Shown: in pieces, positions 26,406 through 37,575 of the stretch | Layout of the letters: the number at the start of each line of letters is the position of its first letter | Numbering within the stretch: the first letter of the stretch is position 1 | Assembly: GCA_017499595.2 (NCBI GenBank) | Contig: CM039001.1 | Location: 1,612,001-1,676,000, forward strand | Direction of reading: 5' to 3' | Length of the DNA stretch: 64,000 nt | Source: Psilocybe cubensis | Taxonomy: Eukaryota | Notes under the pieces: model-generated | The model's database searches: none | What the model saw: only the letters and a program-made list of their open reading frames with translations | What the model was told of the DNA's origin: nothing | Made by a program: the position numbers and the translations under genes

Positions 26406-26540
26406 TTGCGTAGTACAGGCGTAGTACTAGGCATTTTGATGTTTTTACACAAACTTATATCTCATCTTAAACCCCTCACGTCAATGCGGAACGGTTTGCA
26501 TATAGCAAAGCAAGATGAAAAGGCCAAATACATGTCATAA

Positions 26541-27282
26541 CTAGGCATCGTCGGTGAGAATTGTGCCTTTCTCTGATACGTAAATACCATCCAAGAATTT
26601 ACGGATATCCTTATTGCGCACACGGCAAACGCCTTGGATAGAGGCGGCTAATGGGTATACGTCCATGTAAATAATCATGTAACCAAAGGTGCAACAGAGG
26701 GGACATACCGGACTGGGAAACATGGTCGATGTCATTGCCCTCAAGGATAAGCTCGTCTTTCTGAGCCTTGGACTCAGAAACCTCGACACCACTCAACATC
26801 TTGACGTGTCGCACAGTCTGCAATATTGTGAGAATCAACTGCAGGCGCAAAAAGACGCAGCCACATACCTTCTCGCCCAAGAAGTTACGAATCTCAACAG
26901 CGTGTCCTTCTTCCTGAATGATGCAGTTGATAGGGAAATGGGCGTAAACTGCGCGCATTTTGTAGCGGAATCCCTGTAGAGAACCATTATTCATGCTATT
27001 TCGCACCGTCATTAATAGATATACCTTGGTGACACCAGTAACCATGTTATTGATCATGCTGCGAATGGTTCGCAAGCAAGCAACGTGCTTGCGTCCGCCC
27101 TGCCAAACGGCAAGAGTGACTTTCGTCGTCTTTTCCTTCACCACACGGATATCCATATCGACATGTCGGACGTTTTTGGTGAGGGTTCCTCGAGGACCAG
27201 TAACGGAAATGATACGAGACTTGACGGAGATCTCAACGCCCGAGGGGATTTCGAGTTCTTCAGTTTTGAGGACGTCCCGCAT
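26541..27282 (-). CDS. RPL9: 60S ribosomal protein L9 (uL6)
   Basis: [39 protein letters not shown]. Three coding introns plus a 5'UTR intron at 27283-27434. Confidence 0.97.
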
Positions 27283-27996
27283 CTGTTGGGATATCGATCA
27301 ATCGTCATCCATAAGTCGAATTTGGCATCCATCGCCCAGTTGCTTCGTTTTCGGGAAACTTTCATCCCAGAACTTCTGTGATGCCTCATGGGGCGTAGGG
27401 GCAATGGATTGGGGCCATACAGAATGATACTCACCTTGAGCGAAAGTTTTGACGAGGAGTTGGTGGCCGGTGGTGGGGATGGGGGATGCGAGCTTTCGCT
27501 GACATAATCGCCTGAGTGAGTATCATCGCCATACGGTGTGAAATAATATTACGTATTATCTATCATACCTTATAAAGCCATTAATTAATTTAGAAATACT
27601 TAACCGTCAGATAGTAATAATGCTACAACTTGGATCGCAATTAACAATGGCACTATAACCTTCTTCCAAATCAAAGCTATGGGAAGCGTTGATATTTTTT
27701 ATGACTTTATGTGATTTTACTTGACAATGACGAACTCTGACTATAGCAAGCGCTACTCCGAGTCACTTTGGACAACAATGAGCGGAGTTTCAATTGGATG
27801 TTAACTGTGCCCCACGCTGGCACACACGTCCTTTGCGACTACCACCACCATCGAGTGCTTTTTACATCTTCGTCGGTTTCTTGAGTGAGGCGTTTGAGTG
27901 TATTCCAGCATCTCCGACCTTCTTTCTTGTTCTGCGTGCCAGGCTCCTGATCTAGTCTGGGTGTGATCGTTGCGAATTCCTCTTTCGAAAGCCACA

Positions 27997-30516
27997 ATGT
28001 CATTATACTCTCAGAATTTATATGGTCAGCCATCGTATGGCGGACCAAGTTACAGGGCTTCACCGCCCTCCTCGAACGGTTATTACTACGCTCAGCCCCC
28101 TTCGCACCCACCAGCACCTCCTATGTATGAGGTTGATGCGGCTTCCTTTCGCAGAGACTTTTCTACTCGTCTGGAACAGCTTACATTCAACTCAAGACCA
28201 ATCATTCAGCAACTCTCTATGTTCGCGCAAGATTATGCACGATATGCAGATATAGTGGGGCAATGTGTACGGGCACATATTCGAAGGGTGAGTCATCCTG
28301 TCTTATTGAATATTCTGATGTTGTCTATAAAAATGCACAATACGTCTTTACAATGTTTTGTTTCTATATTACTATGTAGAGTAGAGTAGAATGACTCGAG
28401 AAAGAGACACCTAAGATGACGGCCATGCCTCATGCAAGTCTCCCCAAATCGCTGCAAAAAATTCCTCCCATTTGTCTTTTGCCTTTCCATTACGTCCCGC
28501 GGATTTGCTGACTCATCGTATCTATTTTTGGTCACTCACCTAGGTCCCACCCTGGATGAAGCTGCCGGCCTTTTATCTACTCGACGCCATTTCAAAAAAC
28601 GTGTATGAGCCCTATGCTCGACATTTCGCGACCTTTGTTACTAGTCTGTATCTTGAAACCTATAACCAGGTTGACGATAACACCCGTGGTAAAATGGAGG
28701 AAATGCTCTTAACTTGGCGTACAGGGTCACCATCAGGAAAAGAATTGTTCGGAGCTCAGGAACAACTTGCAATTGAGCGTGGTGTATGGGGAAGCGGCAG
28801 CTCAGTATGTCATGGTTCATTTCCTTCTCTGTTATTATCTTATGTATGGCCTCAGTCTTCCTCGAATGTTCATTCTGGTCCGGGATCTGTTATGAAATCG
28901 CAAGTTATGAGCGAACTTCTTTATGCTCTCGGTCAAAAAGAACGCGCAGTGCAATCTAATCCATACGATACAATGTCACAGAATCATATCCTTGTTCTGC
29001 AACAGGTACGCCCATTTTCATTGATATTCATCGATTTATGTGAATTTAAATGTCTTCATTAAGCTTCGTATGCATGTTGAGGCAGGTGTATCTCAAGAGG
29101 AACTTCGTCAAATTCTCAATCAACTACGCAACTTGGTGAAGAGCACAGCGCCGCCACCTCCCGTACCACAGCCAACTGTCCCTTCCGCCCCTTCATGGCA
29201 CTCACCACCACCGCCACCAGCCTTCCTTCCTCAGATATCTCAGATTTCGCAAGTTACTCCTCCTCCTGTGTCTTATGTTCAACCAGTCAAAATCGAGGAG
29301 CAACCTCCCGCATCACTCAACGTCGTCTCCCCACCGACACTCCCTGTGCCGTCTACATCTGCGGCCCCTCCATCTGGTAATATCGCAAATATTCTTTCTT
29401 CTCTTCTCAAGTCTGGCGTACTTTCTACCACTGGCACTCCTACAGGTGCTGGTGCAACAGCGAAGGGGGAAGATGTTCCTGTTGAAACCCAGGAACAAGT
29501 GGAGATTGATGAAGCCGTTCGGGAATATAGAGATAAAATTCTTTTGGAACCCATCAATCTCCACTCTCTGGAATCAACAAGGTACTCATTTTTTTGCCAC
29601 TGGTATATATTGTAAACTTACACATTTAACCAACAGACCGTCCTTAATTGTTGAACTTTTGTACGAACAGCAAGGACTGCAATGTAAACAATGTGGTATT
29701 CGATTTCCTGACACAAAATTGGGCAAAAGACGTCAAGACGATCATCTCGATATGCATTTCAGGCAAAACCGCAAAGCCAGCGATGACCTAGGTCGAGGTC
29801 ACAGTCGTAGTTGGTTCACGAGCGTTGAGGTAGGTCTCCTCTCTGGAAGTTATTAAAATACCTGGCGCTAAGCTTTGTACAGGACTGGATTCAGGATGTA
29901 TCGGGTGCTAAGAAGGGAAAGGGTCGGATCGATGGTTCTGGACCTCTTAACGCGAAGGCTACTGCTGCTGCTGAGACTGCTAAGCGAGAAGAAGATTTAC
30001 GTTCTCAGTTTGTTATTGTGCCCCCTGGTGAAGAGGCTCATATCATGTCCTGCCCGATTTGTAAGGAGACTCTTAAGTCAGAATTTTTAGAAGACGACGA
30101 AGAATGGGTGTGGAAGAATGCGACGAAGAAAGATGATAAGGTGTGTATTACCATGACGGATGAATTTTTGGATATATACTAAATGACTATGTAACTTACA
30201 GATATACCATGCTACATGTTATGCGGAGGCCTTCCTTTCAACAAACAGTCTAGCCGCGAGATTACGAAGTGAAAAGGGTCATGGCAGTAGATCTGCCACT
30301 CCTGAGGTTCATCCAATGACTAATTCAGTTCGGGCAATGACGCCCCCAGCTACCGTGAGGGTATCTTCGAAATCGCCAACGCAGTCACCGTTGTCGGAAT
30401 CTAAAGTGGCTGCTGGTACTAAACGTAAGGTTGAACATTTTGAGTCCAACGTTACCGAGGAACCTAGTGGCACGCCACCACTGAAAAAAGTAGCATTAAC
30501 GTCGGTTTCTAGCTAA
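27997..30516 (+). CDS. PCF11: Cleavage/polyadenylation and termination factor Pcf11
   Basis: CID domain (LEQLTFNSRPII; KLPAFYLLDAISKN) and Zn fingers QCKQCGIRF...HLDMHFRQN and CPICKE...EEWVWKNA...YHATC. Confidence 0.93.
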
Positions 30517-30809
30517 TCTCAGCACATCGTGAACACTTTTTGGATTATCTGGGACTTTTACACGTTTAGCATTACTACTCACGCATTTTGTATTCTCTCT
30601 GCACATCATACATGCATCGTAGACACAATAAAATTATCATTATATTTACTCGAGATCAAAGACTTGTGAAGAAGCCGCCCTTTGTTTTACCCTCACATGG
30701 CGCGATCACTATCGATGTCCATAACGGCTTTCACTTTGACTATAACGCCTCGATTACCTTTTACTCTTTCCACTTTGAACGATAGCAGATACAATTGCTT
30801 GCGAACATA

Positions 30810-32321
30810 ATGCCAACCATAACAGCGAGTAACTGGCGATACTCCTCAGAACCTGCGTTTCTAGGTGAGAATTGTCAAGTCACTTGTCCAGTGTATTTGA
30901 CTTACTGTCGATGCTTCAAGGCACATCTAAAGAAAACGATGAATATCTTCATGCCACGCTAGCTCAGATTGACCATCTAGCTAACGAGGATGTTGAGATG
31001 CAGGTGAGAGGTTTTTTGGCCACCACCATTAGCATTCAACCATGGTTTGATTTCTAACACTCTATATCATAGGCCCCCCTTTCCGAGTATGCAACCTATG
31101 TGGTTGTAGACACGAATATCCTTTTGCACCACTTCGAGGTGCTCGCGCAGTTCGTAGATGACGTTGAAAAGTTTACCTTGCCTGTTATTGTTATAGTTCC
31201 CGGAGCGGTGGTGCATGAATTAGACGGGTGCGCAACGTTTGATGCTGAGTTTGTTCATCCCGTTAATTATGATACTGACATGGTTACTAGACAGAAGAAT
31301 CGTGACGGATTAGCGTGGTTTGCCCGTAGGGCGTCAGCGTGGTTACTTGAAAAAATCAGGAATAGAAAATCCGTAAAGGGACAAGCACAAGAAGAAACAT
31401 GCAAATCCAGTGGAAATTGGAAAATTAAAGAACGTGGGGAGGCAAGTTCGTTGTTTTTGAATGGTGAAAATTTGTCTGATTTGTTTTATGTAGATATCTA
31501 GTGGGGAAATGTTCAACGATGCACTGATACTTGACTGTTGTATGTATTTCAGCCGCGAACGACCTACGTTGCTGTGCAGCGCCGACAACAATCTCTGTAT
31601 TTTGAGCCAAACGCAAGGTATGGGTTGATTGACGAACGAATGAGGAATGCTAATATTAATTATGTATCGCGAAGGCCTTGCCACAATCTGCCCTTCCCGT
31701 TTCTGGAGCAGTCGAGAAATTGTGCATACTCTCTATGGCAACAAGGTGGACTCGTCTCTATTTGGAGGACATAAAGAAAGCTATAGAAATAATCGAGCCA
31801 CCCCACCTGTGCCGCACGAACCTGATGAAGACAGTATGGCCGTTGATGACGACGAATCCTCGAATGGAGGAGAGTGGCAATCGGAGCACCCAATCAATAT
31901 GCTACATGCAGCCGTTGTCGACCACTTCACCCGCCTGCTTGTCGAACTCGTGGGGGCAGTGGGAGGCGAAGAAGTTCGCCAACGAAGCACGCCTGAAGAG
32001 GAAGCGACACGGTCTCGCCACGCGCCGCGACGGCGCCATTATTCAGAATGGAGCGTGGCAGAGTGCGTGGAATACCTGACCGAACGGCGAAAAGTGAAGC
32101 TAGTGAACCCCAGACCCGAGGTATTTCTGTTGCGGGCGTATCGACGAGGTACGCCAGGCTCGCGAACGGGAAGAGAATGGAGCCGTCAGGACTGGAATAT
32201 GGGGTTGAATAACTTGAAAGAAATCAGCGCTGCATGGGGCGATGTGTCTATCCGAGAATCACTAGTCTCCCTTGCGCCTCATGTCGATAACGTGTTCTCG
32301 ATGCCGCTGCGGGCGACATGA
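30810..32321 (+). CDS. PIN-domain endoribonuclease, Swt1-like
   Basis: VVDTNILL, VPGAVVHELD, NDALILDCC, LCSADNNL give the PIN acidic tetrad. Confidence 0.8.
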
Positions 32322-32580
32322 GGCATTATGTTGTATAATATTAAGTTATAATGATAACATGAGTGCAGTCAGTGGACGCACAGGCCAAGTGTGACAGGAG
32401 TAGCGTGAGAAAGACAAAGTCGTATAATTCTGCATCGTGCTCGTCTGCCCTTTGTCTTGTTCTGCCATCCCGCTAGACTCGTCTCTTCCTTCCACCTCCG
32501 TAAGTCCCTACCCCCACGCGCCTTTTCCTTGTCTGTATTCTCATCTCCTCTCTATATCCAGAGCTTGTCGTTTCTTCAAA

Positions 32581-34319
32581 ATGCGTGAAGTCATCTCCGT
32601 GCACGTTGGCCAGGCTGGTGTCCAGATCGGAAATGCCTGCTGTGAGTCACTTTTCTCCCTCTTGTACACCTCGCTCGGCCCATCTTGTCATCGTGCGATC
32701 GAAAACGCGTTCGTCTCCCCGCTTCCTGTCTCGTATAAAAAATTGTGTCCAAGTGGTGCCATACTGATGCGATTTCCTTAGGGGAGTTGTACACCGTCGA
32801 ACACGGTCTCAGCGTGAGTTATCCACGCGTTATATCCATCTATTGGTCTCATATTCCCTGCAGCCTGACGGCCGTCTGATGGAAGGATCGCCTTCTGCCA
32901 ACGATGGTGGCTTCAGCACTTTTTTCTCCGAGACTTCCTCAGGCAAACACGTGCCGCGTTCGTTGTACATTGACCTCGAGCCCAATGTCATCGATGAGGT
33001 CAGGAATGGTCCCTACAGAAGTCTCTTCCATCCCGAGACTCTTGTTACCGGAAAGGAAGATGCTGCCAGCAACTGTACGTCTAATGATGTCTTGCGCCCG
33101 ACTCTGCTCCCTGTTGACCTCCTCTTCAGACGCTCGCGGCCATTACACCATTGGCAAAGAGCAAATTGACGTTGTGATGGACAAGGTCCGCCGTCTTGCA
33201 GATAACTGCTCGGGTCTTCAAGGATTCTTTGTTTTCCACTCTTTCGGTGGTGGAACTGGTTCCGGATTTGGTGCTCTTATTCTGGAGCGTCTTTCCACTG
33301 ACTATGGCAAGAAGTCCAAGTTGGAATTCAGCGTTTATCCTGCTCCTACTCTTGCCAACTCCGTCGTTGAGCCCTATAACTCGGTCCTTACCACTCACAC
33401 CACCCTCGAGCACTCTGATTGCTCTTTCATGGTACGGCATTCACTTTTTGTTATCAAAATGTATCTTCAATCATTTTTTAGGTTGATAATGAAGCCATCT
33501 ATGATATCTGCAAGAAGAATCTTGGCATTGTTTCTCCCAGCTTGACCAACTTGAACAGATTGATTGCTCAAGTTGTCTCATCGATCACTGCTTCGTTACG
33601 TTTTGATGGATCTTTGAACGTCGATTTGAATGAGTTCCAGACTAACTTGGTCCCGTCAGTGTGTTCCGTGCTAGCATTTATTATTGCGCTAACTTCGATC
33701 ACAGCTTCCCTCGAATTCACTTCCCCTTGGCCACTTTTGCCCCCATCATCTCAGCAGAGAAGGCTCATCACGAGCAGAATTCTGTTGCCGATATGACCTT
33801 CTCCTGCTTCGAGACTGGCAACCAGATGGTGAAATGCGACCCCAGGGAGGGCAAATACAGTGAGTCCAGCCAATATTCTCTAAGCCTGTTTTTTAAATTT
33901 TCACGTTTTTAGTGGCTTGCGCTCTTCTTTATCGTGGTGATGTCGTCCCCAAGGATGTCAATGCTGCTGTTGCGATCATCAAGACCAAGCGCACTATCCA
34001 GTTCGTTGACTGGTGCCCTACTGGTTTCAAGCTCGGTATCTGCAATGAACCCCCTGCTCATGTCCCCGGAGGTGACCTTGCTAAGGTCTCACGAAGCATG
34101 TGCATGTTGTCCAATACCACCGCTATCTCCAGCGCTTGGAGTCGCCTTGACCACAAGTTTGACCTTCTCTACTCCAAGCGTGCTTTCGTTCATTGGTATG
34201 TTGGTGAGGGCATGGAGGAAGGCGAATTCTCAGAGGCCCGTGAGGATCTTGCTGCTCTCGAAAAAGACTATGAGGAAGTTGGTATTGACTCTGCCGATGT
34301 GGAAGAGGCTGAATATTAA
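32581..34319 (+). CDS. TUB1: Alpha-tubulin
   Basis: [21 protein letters not shown]-terminal ...VEEAEY*. 5'UTR intron at 32500-32561. Confidence 0.98.
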
Positions 34320-34544
34320 TTCCTTCTCATTTCTTTTGCTATTCTTTCGCTTGTTCGTTTTATAATCCTACACTTTACCCGTTTTACGATTCCTTTTACG
34401 TATACCTTCATGTCTGCCGCAACGCATATCGGAATATCACCAAACTTTGTCGCTTTGCTTTCAGTGTGACTCGCAGTTGAATATGTTAACTTGAAGAATT
34501 TCGTCTACTGAGGAAACCTAATATTTATCTTAAATTGTAACTAC

Positions 34545-37314
34545 CTATGCTTTACCAGCATCTTCCTTCAAGCTGACAATACGATTCAGAACGATGAAAT
34601 CTCCTTCCTGGCGGCCCTTGACAGTAGATCCTTCCTCCAATGCAGCGATACGGGAGTCTTTGTCAAGAGCGAAGTACGCAACACGCAATCCTTGGAAGCG
34701 AACACATTCATTACCAACCAATTGCTCGCTGGTGGCCATTGGTGTGTCGCTTTCGGATCCTGGTTCAGCAATAAAGTTATCTTTGGTTGCTTTCTCCGTT
34801 CTGGCTTTCGCATCCTGTCTGGCTTCCTGTAAGGATTTTGTGGCGAGAGACCAAAATCCAACTTCGACAAATGAGGTCTTTACGACTTCAAGACTATCAG
34901 GTGCAATGTCAGACCTAAAATCGCTCGGAACACGGTCGCTCTTAAACAGGGGATGGAAAATTCTGGTCTCGTCGACTCGGACTGGACTTCCTGAAGGGGA
35001 GTGCTCGGCTACCCATTGAATGAAAGCTTTGGGTTTCTTCGCTGGGCCTTCATTCTCGAGCTTACATATGAGCTCCGTGACTTCTCCCGTAGCGGGATTG
35101 GTCTTGTACGAAAGGCAGGTGATGGGATGAGGGGCTTGGAAGAGACCAACTGTCTTGCCAGGTGCGAGACGGAAGTAGTCTGGGGAATCCTCTGTCCTAA
35201 AATCTTCCGCTTCGATGTAAATTGTGCGAGTAAAGGGTATTGTCGACGTCCCAACTTCAGGGACCTTGGGATGTAGAGGCTTTTCAATCATTAAGCAGTA
35301 GTCCTCAGGTAGATTCTCGATGGTGACTTTCAATGGTTTCATGACCATAAGAAGTCTGGGCGCGGTGCCCTCCAAATACTGTCTCACAGTCTGGTCAAAC
35401 CGGGCGATTTCGATGTTAGAAGCAGAAGTTGAAACACCGAGCGTGCTGACGAAGGACACGATGGCACCAGGAGGGACACCACGACGCCGAAGTGCGATGA
35501 GTGTGTAAAGACGAGGGTCGTCCCAACCATTAACGAACTTTTCGTCCACGAGTGCAGCGATCTTTCGTTTTGACATGATGCTGCCTTCCAAATTCAGTCG
35601 ACCATACTCGGACTGTCTGGGCTTGTAGACTTCAAGCGCATCGCAGAGCCAATCGTAGGACTGACGCGAAGCGATGAATTCAGTTGTGCAAAGTGAATGA
35701 CTGGAAGACCTGTTGAGATCAAATGACGATGATAAATGGTTGATTGACTTACGAAATGTTCTCTATGCTATCAACTAAACAATGCGTGAAGTCATATGTT
35801 GGGTAGATCTTCCATTTGTCATGGGTGCGGTGATGAGGGGTCTCCAGGACGCGATAGGCTGTCAGGTCCCACATCTGAGGGTTTCCATCTTCAAGATCTT
35901 GCTTCATACGTAGATTGGCTTCCTTTGGTTTATATTTCCCATTTTTCATTGCTTCGAATTCAGCCAGAGATTCTTCGATAGGTCTGTTTCGGTGTATACA
36001 AGGCCTTGGCTGGCCTCGCTTCTCACCTCGGTCAATTTTGATCTCCTCCTCTAAAATCGCAGTTAGATAATTCTTAAAGAAAAATAAATAGAAGAGACGA
36101 ACGAGTACAATGGCAAACATAGGCTTTGTCACGCTTGATAAGTTCGACTGCAAGATCATATAGCTCCGCAAAATAGTCGCTGGAGTAGGTGATTTTCCAT
36201 GGTTCGAATCCAAGCCAACGAACCATTTCCAATATACTTTCAAAATATCTTGCCTCTTCTTTTTCAGGGTTTGTATCGTCGTATCTCAGGTAGCATTTCC
36301 CGCCGTGGTGCGCAGCATAACCGAAATTCACAAAAATCGCTTTAGAATGTCCAATATGAAGGTAACCGTTAGGTTCAGGAGGGAAACGAGTCCAAACCTG
36401 GCCCCCTGTGGCTGCAAGGTGTGCATCGCGCAAGTGGGGGTGGATCTGAGGATTTCCTCCAGGTTTGTGGAGTTGACCTAAGAAACCTTCCTCAAATACT
36501 GATTTCCGTGGAGGGGGGGCTGGAGCTTCCTCCTTCTTTGGCTTTCCGGCAGCGGGCTTGGCTTCCTATGACCCAAAATTATATGGAACATCTAAACATT
36601 GCGGATACAACGATACTCACTTTGGCCTTTGGCTTTCCTGTTTCTTTTGCACCAAACTTCTCCAGAAATACAACGTCCACGGTTTTCTTAACATCCAGAG
36701 CATTTGCCCAACGTAAAGCTGGTGATGCTTTTAGAGCATTGACAACAGTTCCGAGGCTTGCCCAGCCTGCAATATTGTTCATCGTAACATACTCATTGAC
36801 CCGGGCATACAAATCTTCTGGGCTGATCGAAAACCCTATAAACCATGGTTTACAATTATTCCCTTTTTGCTACAAGTCGTGAAGGTAACCTACCAACACC
36901 GCATTCATTGTTGAATTCGACTTCGTCAATAGGTAGCTTGTTGGATTCGACGTATTTGACAGCAGCTATAAAAGAGTTCAGATCCAATAGCCAAGGTATG
37001 TCAGACGCCTAACCGGTGATTTGATCGACACTCTTCAACTTGGACTTTAATACAGCTTCGACCACATAGTCGCGCTGCTCTGTTGATATTGCGCTGGCTT
37101 TGGAAACAATCACTGCAAGATTGGAAATCAAAGTAGCTTGTTTTTCGTCGAGTCCTGTGACAGCATCTTTGTTGGTATCGATGATATCTTGAAGGACAGC
37201 TGCACTTTTCGGGGCTTTAGTAGCTTCTAAAGCCTTGGCCTGGGTTAAGCCCATCGACGTGAAGAGTGGCACAAGATGGTCCAGCTGAGCATCTGCTTTG
37301 GGTGCTTTCGACAT
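34545..37314 (-). CDS. GLN4: Glutaminyl-tRNA synthetase
   Basis: [27 protein letters not shown] and the eukaryotic N-terminal appended domain. Confidence 0.96.
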
Positions 37315-37422
37315 ATAGACAAGCGATTCTGACTATCGGAGGTAGGACAGCACACGAGTGAAAGGTTGACTTTGAAGTACACAGAAAGGTTGAAAGCTGA
37401 AAACTCTATTGATATTTTCTAG

Positions 37423-37490
37423 TTATCTTTTGTGTTATCTCTCTGACTCGAGCAAAACTCGCAGAGATAAGATAAGATTGGGTGTTATCA
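37423..37490. promoter_or_regulatory. Cluster of five GATA (GATAA) elements upstream of GLN4
   Basis: TTATCT at 37423 and 37435, GATAAG at 37466 and 37471, TTATCA at 37485, plus TGACTC at 37444. Confidence 0.5.
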
Positions 37491-37575
37491 ACAAGCTTAC
37501 ATGATCGGCACAGAGCTATTTATAAATACACGAAAAATACATATGTAGTAAATAAATGAATTAAAAAAACAACAT

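Noticed and set aside
26409-26431. Short duplication CGTAGTACAGG/CGTAGTACTAGG after STE14
   Set aside because: Too short, and likely slippage in a 3'UTR.
27283-27434. Hammerhead ribozyme or C/D snoRNA in the RPL9 intron
   Set aside because: No CUGANGA core and no RUGAUGA/CUGA box pair. Only generic helices are retained as a finding.
27435-27505. Upstream ATG at 27505 as an RPL9 N-terminal extension
   Set aside because: 71 nt to the donor puts it out of frame with ATG 27282, uL6 homology begins at 27282, and it probably lies upstream of the TSS.
32864-32930. Alpha-tubulin lacks the acetylatable Lys40
   Set aside because: Common among fungal alpha-tubulins and not novel.
36201-36211. GGTTCGAATCC tRNA T-loop/B-box-like motif
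   Set aside because: Lies inside the GLN4 CDS (WLGFEPW codons) with no cloverleaf around it.
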